DNA of 64,000 nucleotides from an uncultured Chloroflexia bacterium (GTDB taxonomy: Bacteria; Chloroflexota; Limnocylindria; Limnocylindrales; CSP1-4): contig CAWHGL010000001.1 in NCBI GenBank assembly GCA_963828965.1, positions 20,256-84,255 of the forward strand, given 5' to 3'. Both the position numbers and the translations under genes were made by a program. The notes below the pieces were generated by a model. That model had not been told where the DNA came from. It was given only the letters and a program-made list of their open reading frames with translations, and did no database searches. Of the stretch, positions 38,368-52,491 are shown piece by piece; position 1 is the first letter of the stretch, and every line of letters starts with the position of its first letter.

Positions 38368-41300
38368 GGCGGCCCCTCCGGAGCCTCGGCGTCGTCCTGC
38401 TCGCGCTCCTCGTGGCTGGATTGCTGCCCTCCGCCGCCTTCGCCGCGTCGCCCGTCGCGGTCGACGACCCATCGGCCGCGTGCCAGACCCCGGCCACGTA
38501 CGGCGGCAGCTTCCCCATCCCGGAGGATTGGCACGGCGGCACGACTGGCTTCGAGGACTGGTTCTACTTCTTCGGTGATTGCGGTGTCCTCGCGAACGAC
38601 ACCGATCCGGAGGACGACACCCTCACCTGGTCCGTGGTCGACGAGCCGGCTCACGGCGACGTCCTCAAGGTCGACGATGACCTCGTTCTCGTATCGGCCC
38701 GACCACGACTGGAGCACGCTCGCCGGCGACGAGCCGGGCGGCGACTGGGTCTCGGACTCGTTCACCTACCAGGCCAACGACGGCACCACCGACTCGAACA
38801 TCGCCACGTTCCGGTTCTGGCTGGCGCCCATCAACGATCCCCCGACGTTCAGTGCCGGCGCCGACGTCACGCGGTCGATCGACGACGGTGCGTACGACGC
38901 CGTCTGGGCGACGGCGATCTCGGCCGGCCCGGCGAACGAGGCGGCCCAGACCGTCGGCTTCCTCGTCGAGGCCGCCGACACGTCGCTCTTCTCGGTCGAG
39001 CCGGCCATCGATGGCAACGGCCATCTCTCGTTCACCCCGAAGCCGGACGCGGTCGGCCTGACCGACGTGACCGTCCAGGCCATCGATGACGGCGGCCTCG
39101 AGGACTACGGCCTGTCGCACAGCCTGATGGACCCGCCGGACGATACGAGCGACGTCGTCACCTTCCACGTGGCGATCACCGCCTCGGTGCTGCCGCACCC
39201 GGCGGACGACACCGCGACGGTCGCGGAGGACGATCCCGACACCGAGATCGACGTGCTCGCCAACGACACCGATGGCAGCGACGATCCGATCAGCGTGGTC
39301 GACGTCACGGATCCGGCGCACGGGACGGCGACCGTTGCCGTCGATGGATCCGATGTCACCTACCGACCCGACGCCGACTACCACGGCTCCGACACCTTCG
39401 ACTACACGATCGAGGCGGGCGGCGACCAGGCCACGGCCAGCGTCGACGTCACCGTCACCCCGGTCGAGGACGACCCGCAGGCCGACGACGACGGCGCCAC
39501 GGTCGCCGAGGACGCCGGACCGACCGGGATCGACGTCCTGGCCGGCGACACGGATCCGGACGGCGACACGATCACGATCACCGACGCGACGAACGGCGCG
39601 AAGGGCACCGTCGCCATCGACCCGGACGGACTCGGCCTGACCTACGACCCGACGACGAACGCCGACGGCTCGGATACGTTCACGTACACGTCGACGACGG
39701 CCACGGCGGCCAGGACACGGCGACGGTCTCGGTCACGATCACCGCGTCCAACGACGCTCCGACCGCCGATGACGACAGCGCCATGGTCACCGAGGATGAC
39801 GGACGCCACCGCGGTCGACGTCCTGACCGGCGACACGGATCTCGACGGCGACGCCATCACGATCACCGCCGTGACCAACGGCAGCAAGGGCACGGTCGCC
39901 GATCACCGGCGGTGGCACCGGCCTGACGTACGACCCGGCCACGAACGCCAACGGCGCCGACTCGTTCACCTACACCATCGATGACGGCAACGGCGGCCAG
40001 GACACGGCGACGGTGTCCGTCACGATCACGCCGTCCAACGACATCCCGACCGCGGACAACGAGTCGTGACGATCAACGAGGACGCGGCCGCCACCGCGGT
40101 GCCAGTGCTCGTCGGCGACGTCGACATCGATGGCGACACGCTCACCATCACGGCCAAGACGAACGGGTCCAAGGGCGCGGTCACCATCACCGGCGGCGGG
40201 ACGGGCCTGACCTACAAGCCCAACCTCAACGCGAACGGCAGCGACTCGTTCACGTACACGATCTCCGACGGCCACGCTGGAACGGCGACCGCGACGGTCA
40301 GCGTCACGATCACCCCGGTCAACGATGCCCCGACCGCCGACAACGAGACCCTCACGGTCGCCGAGGACGCGCCAGCGACCGCGGTCCCGGTGCTCACCGG
40401 CGACGGCGACGTCGACGGCGACGCGATCAAGGTCACGGCCAAGACCAACGGCACCAAGGGCGTGGTCACCATCACCGGGGTCGGGACGGGGCTGACGTAC
40501 AAGCCGTACCTCGGGTTCTCCGGTCCGGACAGCTTCACCTACACCATCTCCGACGGCCACGGCGCGACCGCGACCGGGACGGTCAGCGTCTCGATCAGCG
40601 GTGTCAACGATCACCCGAACGCGGTGAACGACGGTTCGATGACCGTGCCCGAAGGCGCGCCGGCCATCCCGCTCGGCGTGCTGGCCAACGACACCGATCC
40701 CGACGGGGACACGCTCAAGATCACGTCGGTCACGAGCGGGACCCTCGGCACGGTCGCCATCACGGGTGGCGGGACCGGACTCGCCTACGACCCGGCGTCG
40801 CTCAAGAAGGGCATCGACACGTTCACGTACACCGTCAGCGACGGTCGGGGCGGCACGGACAGCGCGGTCGTCCGGGTCACCGTCGTTGCCGACACCGCCG
40901 CCCCGGTCGTCTCGGCGCTCAGCGAGTCCTTCCCGACCCAGACCCTCGGCACGATGGTCAAGATCCGTCTCGCCTGGAAGGCCAGCGATCTCGGGTCCGG
41001 CGTGAAGTCGTATCAGCTACAGCGCAGCGTCGACGGCGGGGCGTACGCGACGATCGGCCCGCCCGCGGCGAGCGCCCTGACGTTCGACTGGAGCGTCACC
41101 CCGGGACACAGCTTTCGGTTCCGGCTGCGGGCGACCGACCGCGAGGGGAATGTCAGTGGCTACGTGTCGTGGCCGACCCTGACGCCGTCGAAGTTCGAGG
41201 AGGCGTCGTCGCTCGCCGCCTACACGGGGTCCTGGACGACGTCGAGCAACACGAAGATGTCGGGTGGCAAGGGCCGCTGGGCCGGATCGTCGACGGCTCG

Positions 41301-41541
41301 CGTGACGTTCACCTTCACCGGCCGGGACGTTGCCTGGTTCGCCACCAAGACGAGCGGCAGTGGTCGCGCCGGGGTCTACCTGGACGGCAAGTACCAGCGC
41401 ACGGTCGACCTCCATGCCTCGACGACGCAGTACCAGCAGCTGGCGTTCGCCGCCCACCTCGGGTTGGCCAGCCACAAGCTCGAGATCCGGGTCCTCGGCG
41501 ACGGCCGCGTCGACGTCGACGCGTTCGTCGTCAACCGCTGA
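38364..41541 (+). CDS. Secreted adhesin-like protein, about 8 tandem-95/Big_9 cadherin-like Ig repeats plus a C-terminal Fn3-like/jelly-roll module (about 5 indels)
   Basis: Signal peptide [27 protein letters not shown]; repeated [11 protein letters not shown]...[12 protein letters not shown]...[10 protein letters not shown] across ORFs 38364, 38575 and 40066. Confidence 0.85.
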
Positions 41542-41643
41542 CGCTCGACCGATCCGCGGCGACTCGAGGCGGGCCGTTCGGCTAGCATCCGCCTGACCGT
41601 GCCCGGCCCGTGGAGGCGTCGGACGGGACCGTTGAAGGACCGG

Positions 41644-42904
41644 ATGCCCCTCGCTGCCGTCGTCATCGGGCTCGCCCTCGTCGTCGTCATCCTGGCCCTG
41701 ACTCCGGCTGGCCGGCGGCTGGTCGCCACGGGCCTTGACGTCATCGACGGCTCGGTGGCGATGTACGGGATCCGGCGCACCCTCGGGCTCGACACGACGA
41801 CCGCCCGCCAGCGCCGCATCGATCGGCGGCACGCCCGCGAGCAGGCCGACATCCTGCGCCGGATCGGCGGTCCCACCACGACCGACGACCCGCTGGCGCC
41901 AGTGGTGCCGCCCGTCGCTGCGCCCACGCGGCTCGTCGTCTCCGGCGAAACCCCCACGACCTCCGTGCAACGACGGAGCCCACGCGCGACCCTGCTCCGC
42001 GACGGTGCGGTCGTGGTCGCCGGTCTCGGCATCGTGCTGCTCCTCGTCGCGGTCATCGGGCCCGCGCCATCGGGGGCGGTGCTCGGGACGACGGCCACGC
42101 CCGACCGGCTCGAGACGCCGTCGGCGGCCGCAGCGTCGGCGACGTCGAGAGCACGGTTGGCGGCTCCGACCGCGACCGCGGCGCCGGCCGCGGCGACGCC
42201 TTCGCCCGCCCCGACCGCCAGCGCCCCGACCTCGACACCGGTCGCGGTCATCGCCGTTCCGGCCGTCACGCACCCGACCGCACGTCTCGCCGGCCGGACC
42301 GGTGGCGGACGCACCGTGGCGGTGACCCTGGCCTGGGAGCTGCGCTGCGAGCTCCCCGCCCGCCGGTGGCTTCCGGCTCTACCAGCAGGTCGACGACGGC
42401 GCCGAACAGGCCATCGAGACGCTCGACGGCGACGCGCGCTCCACCCGCGTGCAGCTCGGGATCGGTCCCACCTCGACGTTCCGCCTCGAGCCCGTCGGGC
42501 TCGACGGGTCGGTCGGCGACGCCGTCATCTGGGCACCGATCGCGGCCAGCCGGCACCAGGAGTCGAGCGGCGGGGTCCGAACGCGCGGCGCCTGGCGCGG
42601 AGCGTCCGGTCCGAGCCTGTCCGGCGGGGACGTCCGGTTCAGTCGAGCGTCCGGGGCGACACTGTCGTTCACGTTCGACGGGACCGACGTCGGCTGGGTC
42701 GGCACACGGACCCCGTCCAGCGGCCGGGCCGAGGTCCGTCTCGACGGCAAGCTGGTCGACACGATCGACCTCGCCGCCCCCGACGTCCGCTACCGCCAGC
42801 TCCTGGCCCGCGCCCACGCGACTGGCGACGGCCCGCACGTCCTGAGCATCCGGGTCGTCGGGGACGGCCGCGTCGACGTCGACGCGTTCGTGGTGCTCCG
42901 TTGA
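41644..42904 (+). CDS. Two-TM membrane protein with Ala/Pro/Thr stalk and the same C-terminal module as the adhesin (indel near 42350)
   Basis: TM1 LAAVVIGLALVVVIL, TM2 AVVVAGLGIVLLLVAVI; ends FTFDGTDVGW...GRAEVRLDG...[18 protein letters not shown]. Confidence 0.78.
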
Positions 42905-42991
42905 GGGGCTGGCGCACGCACGAAACGAGGCCGTCCGGCAGCGGTCGCTCGCTCGCAGCTGCTACACTACCCGCGCCTTGACAGGTTGCCC

Positions 42992-43213
42992 ATGCAAACG
43001 TCCGGCTCGGGTCTCGGGTATCTCGTCCTCTTCACGGAGATCGGTTTCACCCTCCTGGTGACGACGCTGCTGGGGGCGCTCGGCGGCTATTGGCTGGATG
43101 GGCGACTCGGGACGACCCCGCTGTTCGGGATGCTCGGCTTTCTCGCCGGCGCCGGCATCGGGACGTACGCGATCTACAAGCTGGTGAGTCGCTACCTGGC
43201 GACGATCGACTGA
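42992..43213 (+). CDS. AtpZ/AtpI family ATP synthase accessory protein
   Basis: GYWLDGRLGTTPLF..G...G motif; first gene of the atp operon. Confidence 0.85.
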   Translation: MQTSGSGLGYLVLFTEIGFTLLVTTLLGALGGYWLDGRLGTTPLFGMLGFLAGAGIGTYAIYKLVSRYLATID

Positions 43214-43300
43214 TCACGGCCGACGCCCCCCAGGCGCCGGCCACCAACGACCGAGCGCGGCGTGATGCCGCGCTCCCGTGTGTGGAGCGAGCGCAAGACC

Positions 43301-44353
43301 GTGACGAGTGAGGGACCCGCCGCGATCGAGACCCAGGCCCCGAAGGCTGGGCGCAGCCGCAAGGTCGACTGGCTGGTCATCATCGGCCTGGTGATCGTCG
43401 CCAACCTGGCGGCGATCCTGCTGTTCCCGCCGTTCGACAAGGAAGATCCCGACTCCGGGACGTGCGCCTATCCCGTCTGCTACATCAACGGCACGCTCGA
43501 GCTCGTCGCCCCGGAGCCCATCTGGCCGGCGGCAGCCGTCGAGCAGGCCGAGCACGACCATGAAGCCGGCATCAAGCCGCCGCTCATCACCTGGGACGTC
43601 AGCATCACCAACTCGATCCTGACGATGTGGATCATCACGGTCCTGCTGATCGTCGGGCTGCTGCTCATGACCCGCAAGCGCGAGATGATCCCCGGACGGA
43701 TGCAGAACGCCATCGAGGCGCTCTACGACGGGTTGCAGGGCTTCGCCCTGTCCCTCGGCGGGGCACCGGCGCGCAAATACGTGCCGCTGTTCGTGATCCT
43801 CTTCATCTACATCCTGCTGTGCAACTGGAGCGGCCTGCTGCCCTTCGTCGGCCGCATCCCGCTCTTCCGTGCCCCGACCAGCGACGTGAACGTCACCATC
43901 GGCCTCGCCCTGGTCGCGTTCTGCTTCTTCCACATCGAAGGCGTGCGCGCCCTGGGCTTCGGCGGCTACTTCGGCAAGTTCTTCCCGCTGCGCGAGTTCC
44001 GCCAGGGCGTCGGGGCGGGCATCATCGCCCTGTTCGTCGGACTCATCGAGCTCATGCTCGAGTTCGTCAAGCCGCTGACGCTCTCGATGCGACTCTTCGG
44101 CAACATCTACGGTGGCGAGGTGGCGCTCGGCGTCATCCTGGCCCTGACCATCGCCTTCTTCCCGGTGGCGCTGTACGGCCTCGAGCTCATGCTCAATACG
44201 GTCCAGGCGCTCATCTTCGCCGTCCTCACCCTCATGTTCATCCTGGCGGCCATCGAGGGCCACCACGAAGGCGATGAGGCCCATCACGAAGCACCGCTGG
44301 CCAACCCCCTGGGTCCCGATGAGATGGACCAGTTGGCCGCCGGGGCGCACTGA
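43301..44353 (+). CDS. atpB: F0F1 ATP synthase subunit a
   Basis: PGRMQNAIE, NWSGLLP, APTSDVN, LSMRLFGNI, VQALIF. Confidence 0.96.
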   Translation: MTSEGPAAIETQAPKAGRSRKVDWLVIIGLVIVANLAAILLFPPFDKEDPDSGTCAYPVCYINGTLELVAPEPIWPAAAVEQAEHDHEAGIKPPLITWDVSITNSILTMWIITVLLIVGLLLMTRKREMIPGRMQNAIEALYDGLQGFALSLGGAPARKYVPLFVILFIYILLCNWSGLLPFVGRIPLFRAPTSDVNVTIGLALVAFCFFHIEGVRALGFGGYFGKFFPLREFRQGVGAGIIALFVGLIELMLEFVKPLTLSMRLFGNIYGGEVALGVILALTIAFFPVALYGLELMLNTVQALIFAVLTLMFILAAIEGHHEGDEAHHEAPLANPLGPDEMDQLAAGAH

Positions 44354-44412
44354 CCAACCAGGTCCCGAAGGATCCCGGGCCGCAGGTCCGGGACGTAGGA
44401 GGAACAGATCAC

Positions 44413-44625
44413 ATGGAAATGATCGGCGCGGGCCTCGCGGCCCTCGGCGTGCTCGGCCCGGGCATCGGCATCGGCATCCTCGGTGGGCTGTCGTCCAGCG
44501 CGATCGGCCGGAACCCTGACGCAGCCGGCCAGATTCGCGGACTCGCGATCATCCTCGCGGCGTTCGCCGAAGGCCTCGGCGTCCTCGCGGTCGTCGTCGG
44601 CCTGCTCATCGTCTTCACCGCCTAG
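44413..44625 (+). CDS. atpE: F0F1 ATP synthase subunit c
   Basis: GPGIGIG, GRNPD, AFAEG; AGGAGG SD. Confidence 0.96.
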   Translation: MEMIGAGLAALGVLGPGIGIGILGGLSSSAIGRNPDAAGQIRGLAIILAAFAEGLGVLAVVVGLLIVFTA

Positions 44626-44667
44626 GCCGGGCGTGGGCGGACCGACGGACGTGGAGGGCGGAAGCAC

Positions 44668-45165
44668 ATGACGATCAACCTGTTCTGGGTGCTCGTCAGC
44701 GCCATCAACTTCCTGCTCCTGCTGGCCATCATCTGGATGTTCGCGTTCAAGCCCCTGGCCAAGACCCTCGACGACCGCAAGGCGGCCATCGAGCAGGGGC
44801 TCAAGGACGCGGAACAGGCCCGGCGCGACCGCGAGAGCGCGGAAGCGGAACGGGTCGCGACGCTGGCCGAGGCTCGCCGTGAGGCGAACGACATCCTGGC
44901 GCGCGCCCAGAAGGTCGCCCAGGAGAGCCGGGACGCCGACATCGCCGCCACGCGCGACGAGCTCGAGCGGATGCGCGTCCGCGCCACCACCGAGATCGAA
45001 GCCGAGAAGACCCGCGCCATCGCCGACCTGCGCACCGAGGTCGCCGACCTCGCGCTGGCGGCGGCCGGCCGCGTCGTCGGCGAGACGATGACGGACGACC
45101 GGTCGCGCCGGCTCGTGCAGGAGTTCCTGACCACCGCCGACACCGGCGGCGACCGGAGCAACTGA
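44668..45165 (+). CDS. atpF: F0F1 ATP synthase subunit b
   Basis: INFLLLL..FAFKPL..LDDR, coiled coil. Confidence 0.96.
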   Translation: MTINLFWVLVSAINFLLLLAIIWMFAFKPLAKTLDDRKAAIEQGLKDAEQARRDRESAEAERVATLAEARREANDILARAQKVAQESRDADIAATRDELERMRVRATTEIEAEKTRAIADLRTEVADLALAAAGRVVGETMTDDRSRRLVQEFLTTADTGGDRSN

Positions 45166-45166
45166 C

Positions 45167-45712
45167 ATGGCCCGACGGGACAGCAGCGCGCGCCGCTACG
45201 CGGAGGCCGCCTTCGAGGTGGGCACGCGCGACGGCACGCTCGAGACGTGGCGGACCGAGCTGGATGCCAGCGCGGCCCGGCTGGGCGGGGAGGAAGCCAT
45301 GAGCGTCCTCGCCAACCCGGCCATCCCGATCGAGCAGCGCGGCAACGCCGTGACCGCCCTCCTGGTGGACACGGCCAGCGCTCCCGTCCAGAACCTCATC
45401 CAGCTCCTGCTCCGGCGCGGTCGGATCGAACAGCTGCCCCGCGTCGCCGCGGAGTTCCGCCGTCTCGACGATCGTCGCCAGGGCATCACCCACGCCACCG
45501 CCACGAGCGCCAGCCCGCTCACCCCGGACGAGGTCCGGGACCTGACCGCGCGGCTGGAGCAGTCCACCGGCGGTCGCGTCGCCCTCGACGTCCAGGTCGA
45601 TCCGAGCCTGCTCGGTGGCCTCGTCGTGCGCGTCGGCGACCGCTTGATCGACGGGAGCGTCCGGGGTCGCCTCGAGCGACTGCGGAATCGGCTCATCTCG
45701 GGCGCCCTCTAG
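45167..45712 (+). CDS. atpH: F0F1 ATP synthase subunit delta
   Basis: [31 protein letters not shown]. Confidence 0.96.
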   Translation: MARRDSSARRYAEAAFEVGTRDGTLETWRTELDASAARLGGEEAMSVLANPAIPIEQRGNAVTALLVDTASAPVQNLIQLLLRRGRIEQLPRVAAEFRRLDDRRQGITHATATSASPLTPDEVRDLTARLEQSTGGRVALDVQVDPSLLGGLVVRVGDRLIDGSVRGRLERLRNRLISGAL

Positions 45713-45726
45713 GAGATCCTGACCTC

Positions 45727-47263
<1,537 letters not shown>

Positions 47264-47299
47264 CGGCCGCCGGAGACTCGGTTCAGGACGGCAGGACCC

Positions 47300-48154
47300 G
47301 TGGCTAGTCAGCGCGATATCCGGCGGCGCATCGGCGCTGTCCGGAATATCAAGCAGATCACTCGGGCGATGCAGTTCGTGGCCGCGTCCAAGCTCAAGCG
47401 CGCCCAGGATGCGACGCTCGCCGCGCGGCCGTACAGCGAGAAGCTCGACGAGGTCCTCGCCGACCTCGCCGCGGTGCTCGGCGAGTCGGACCATCCGCTC
47501 CTGGCCGGTGGCGGCGACGACGCGAAGCGCCTGATCGTGCTCGTGACGACGGATCGTGGCCTGGCCGGACCGCTCAACACGAACACCATCCGCTACGCGA
47601 GCCGCGCGATCCTCGAGCACCCGGGCGAGCTCGCCGTCGTGACGGTCGGGCGCAAGGGACGCGACGCGATGCGCCGGGCGGGCGTGCCGCTCGAGGCCCA
47701 TTTCGCGGGGTTCGGGGACCGGCCGGCGTTCGGCGACGTGCTGCCGCTGGCCCGGCTCATCACCGATGACTACCTGGCCGGCACCTACGGGCGCGTCGAC
47801 ATCATCTACAGCCGGTTCGTGAGCACGCTCGTGCAGCGCCCGGAGATCTTCCAGCTGCTGCCGATCCGCCCGACCGAGGACACCGAGGGCATCCCCGGCA
47901 ACCAGTTCATCTTCGAGCCCGGCCCCGCCGCGGTCCTCGAGCAGCTCGTGCCGCGCTACATCGCGACGCGTCTGTTCCAGGCCGTCCTCGAGGGCAAGGC
48001 CAGCGAGGAATCGAGCCGGATGGTCGCGATGAAGAACGCGACCGAGAACGCCGAGGACCTCATCGAGGACCTGACCCTTTCCTACAACAAGGTTCGCCAG
48101 TCGAACATCACCCGCGAGATGATCGAGATCGCGTCCGGCGCGAACGCCCGCTGA
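47300..48154 (+). CDS. atpG: F0F1 ATP synthase subunit gamma
   Basis: [42 protein letters not shown]. Confidence 0.97.
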   Translation: MASQRDIRRRIGAVRNIKQITRAMQFVAASKLKRAQDATLAARPYSEKLDEVLADLAAVLGESDHPLLAGGGDDAKRLIVLVTTDRGLAGPLNTNTIRYASRAILEHPGELAVVTVGRKGRDAMRRAGVPLEAHFAGFGDRPAFGDVLPLARLITDDYLAGTYGRVDIIYSRFVSTLVQRPEIFQLLPIRPTEDTEGIPGNQFIFEPGPAAVLEQLVPRYIATRLFQAVLEGKASEESSRMVAMKNATENAEDLIEDLTLSYNKVRQSNITREMIEIASGANAR

Positions 48155-48165
48155 CGCCGACGTAG

Positions 48166-49662
<1,497 letters not shown>

Positions 49663-49680
49663 TGACATGACGGTGCCGGG

Positions 49681-50109
49681 ATGAGCATCCAGCTGGAGAT
49701 CGTCACGCCGGAGCGGCTGGCGTACTCGGACACGGTCGACTCGGTCGTCCTGCCCGGTTCGGAGGGCGAGCTCGGGGTGCTGCCGCATCACGCGCCGCTC
49801 GTCTCGATGCTGGGCGTCGGAGAGCTGCGCATCCGCAAGGCGGGCCAGGAGGAATCGTTCGCCATCGTCGGCGGGTTCCTGCAGGTTCGCCCGGACAAGG
49901 TCGTCGTCATGGCCGAGACGGCCGACATGGCCAGCGAGATCGATCTCGAGAAGGCCCAGGAGGCCCGCCGCGAGGCCGAGCGCGCCATCGAGTCCGGCTT
50001 CCAGGAGGGCGCCGACCTCGCAGCCGCCCGCGCCCAGCTGCAGCAGGCGCTCCTTCGCATCCGTGTGGCTGAACGCCGATACCGCGAAGGTCCGCGACAT
50101 CGCGGCTAG
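49681..50109 (+). CDS. atpC: F0F1 ATP synthase subunit epsilon
   Basis: LEIVTPER, GELGVLPHHAP, GGFLQV. Confidence 0.97.
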   Translation: MSIQLEIVTPERLAYSDTVDSVVLPGSEGELGVLPHHAPLVSMLGVGELRIRKAGQEESFAIVGGFLQVRPDKVVVMAETADMASEIDLEKAQEARREAERAIESGFQEGADLAAARAQLQQALLRIRVAERRYREGPRHRG

Positions 50110-50114
50110 GGACC

Positions 50115-51462
50115 ATGGCTGACGCGCGGCCGTTCCATTGGGAGTACACGCCGGAGCCGGTGGCGCGCGAGGTCTTCCGCGTGGAGGGTGGCCGACCACT
50201 CACGGGCACCGTCGCGATCAGCGGGGCCAAGAACGCCGCCCTCAAGCTGCTCGCCGCGGCCACGCTGACCGGCGAGCGCTGCCGGCTGACCAACGTCCCC
50301 GAGATCGAGGACGTGCGCGTCATGGCCCAGACCCTGACCGAGCTCGGGGTCGTCGTCGATCACCCCGAGCCGAACGTCTACGAGATCGCCGCCGGCGACG
50401 TCGACTGGCTGTTCGTGCCGCTCGAGGCCGCGGCCAAGATGCGCGCCTCGTTCATGCTCCTCGGGCCGCTCCTGGCCCGGTTCGGGCGGGTCATCATCAG
50501 CAACCCCGGTGGCGACCGGATCGGCCGTCGTCCGGTGAACCTCCACGTCGACGCGATGCGCGCCCTCGGCGCCCAGATCGACTACCGCAACGGCTACTAC
50601 TTCGCGACCGCCCCCGGCCGCCTGCGCGGCACGGAGGTCGTCTTCCCGTTCGTGAGCGTCATGGGCACCGAGAACGCGATGCTCGCCGCGACCCTGGCCG
50701 AGGGCCACACGACCATCCGGCCGGCGGCCCAGGAGCCCGAGGTCGACGACCTCATCGCGTTCCTCGTCAAGATGGGGGCGGAGGTCGAGCGCACGGCGCC
50801 CGACACCATCGAGGTCGAGGGTCGCAAGCGCCTGCGCGGCGCCGAGCACCGGGTCGATCCCCGATCGCATCGAGGCGGGCACGTTCGTCGTCGCCGGTGC
50901 GGTGACCGGTGGCCGGATCACGCTGACCGGCGCGCCGTGCGACCAGCTCGGCTCGTTCGTCGAGGCGGTCGGGCAGACCGGCGTCGGCATCACCTGCGGC
51001 ACGGACACGATCGAGGTCGACGGCTCGTCCCTCGACGACGGCGGCTTCCGCAGCGTCGACATCGCGACCGCCGCCTATCCGGGCCTCGCGACCGACATCG
51101 GGCCGCCGACCTCGGTCCTGCTGACCCAGGCGTCGGGCACGTCCCACGTCCACGAGACGATCTTCGAGGACCGCCTCGAGTGGATGGCCGAATTGCGCCG
51201 GATGGGGGCCGACGTCGATATCGAGGACAATCACCACGCGACCATCCGCGGACGGACGCCGCTCCACGGCGCGGAGGTCGACATCAGCGACCTGCGGGCC
51301 GGTGCCTCACTCATCCTGGCCGCCCTTGCGGCCGATGGCACGACCACGATCCACGGTGCACACCACGTTCACCGGGGCTATGAGAACATCGAAGGCAAGT
51401 TCCTGGGTCTCGGCGCCAGGATCTCGCGCCTCGCAGAAGGGAACGACACCAACAGCTCATGA
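50115..51462 (+). CDS. murA: UDP-N-acetylglucosamine 1-carboxyvinyltransferase (indel near 50860)
   Basis: [39 protein letters not shown]. Confidence 0.95.
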
Positions 51463-52457
51463 AGATCGGCATCGACCTCGGCACCGCCAACGTCCTCGTC
51501 TACGTGAAGGGCAAGGGCATCGTCATCACCGAACCGTCCGTGGTGGCGGTCAGCGACGACAATCGGATCGTCGCCGTGGGCGAGGAAGCCCGCGAGATGA
51601 TCGGGCGGACCCCGGGCAACATCCAGGCCATCCGGCCGATGAAGGACGGCGTCATCGCCGACTACGTCATCACCGAGGCGATGCTGCGATTCTTCATCGC
51701 CAAGGCGACCAAGGGCCGCATCGGCTTCAACCGTCCCGAGGTGATGATCAGCGTCCCCGCCGGCGTGACCTCGGTCGAGAAGCGGGCCGTCCGCGACGCG
51801 GCGCTCAAGGCCGGGGCCAAGGAGGCCTACCTCATCGAGGAGCCGCTCGCCGCGGCGATCGGCGCGAACGTGCCGATCAGCGGACCGTCCGGGAACATGA
51901 TCATCGACATCGGTGGCGGGACCTCGGAGATCGCGGTCATCGCGCTCGGCGGCATCGTCGTCTCGCACTCGCTGCGGGTCGGCGGCAACAAGTTCGACGA
52001 GTCGATCGCGACCTACATCCGCAAGAAGTACAACCTCATGGTCGGCGAGCGGACCGCGGAGGAGGTCAAGATCCAGATCGGGACCGCCCTTCCGCTCGAG
52101 CGCGAGCTGACGATGGAGGTCCGCGGCCGCGACCTCATCGCGGGCCTGCCGCGCACGATCCCGATCACCTCGTCCGAGGTCATGGAGGCGATCGAGGCCC
52201 CGCTCCAGCAGCTCGTGGCCGCCGTCCGCTCGGTCCTCGAGCAGACCCCGCCGGAGCTGTCCTCCGACATCATCGACAAGGGCATGGTCATGTCCGGCGG
52301 CGGCGCGCTGCTGCGGAACGTGGACAAGCTCCTCACCCAGGTGACCGGGGTGCCGTGTCACGTGGCCGAGAACTCCCTCGACTGCGTCGCCCTGGGGACC
52401 GGCATCGCGCTCGAGCACTTCGATTTCTTCAAGAAGTCGCTCGTCCAGCAGATCTGA
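51459..52457 (+). CDS. mreB: Rod shape-determining actin MreB/Mbl
   Basis: [38 protein letters not shown]; position after murA resembles Firmicutes mbl. Confidence 0.95.
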   Translation: MKIGIDLGTANVLVYVKGKGIVITEPSVVAVSDDNRIVAVGEEAREMIGRTPGNIQAIRPMKDGVIADYVITEAMLRFFIAKATKGRIGFNRPEVMISVPAGVTSVEKRAVRDAALKAGAKEAYLIEEPLAAAIGANVPISGPSGNMIIDIGGGTSEIAVIALGGIVVSHSLRVGGNKFDESIATYIRKKYNLMVGERTAEEVKIQIGTALPLERELTMEVRGRDLIAGLPRTIPITSSEVMEAIEAPLQQLVAAVRSVLEQTPPELSSDIIDKGMVMSGGGALLRNVDKLLTQVTGVPCHVAENSLDCVALGTGIALEHFDFFKKSLVQQI

Positions 52458-52491
52458 TGCTCGGGACCGCGCGGCGGGTCCGGCCGGCTCG

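Noticed and set aside
37815-40900. CRISPR-like or non-coding repeat array
   Set aside because: The repeats are degenerate, codon-phased and encode PT linkers and Ig domains; there is no repeat-spacer structure and no cas gene.
44413-44625. Na+-translocating c-ring
   Set aside because: Lacks the Q...ES/T sodium signature (has GIGIG and AEG); H+ type is more likely.
45247-45726. N-terminal extension of AtpA in the ORF track
   Set aside because: It overlaps atpH in another frame; the real start is ATG 45727 after an AGGAG SD.
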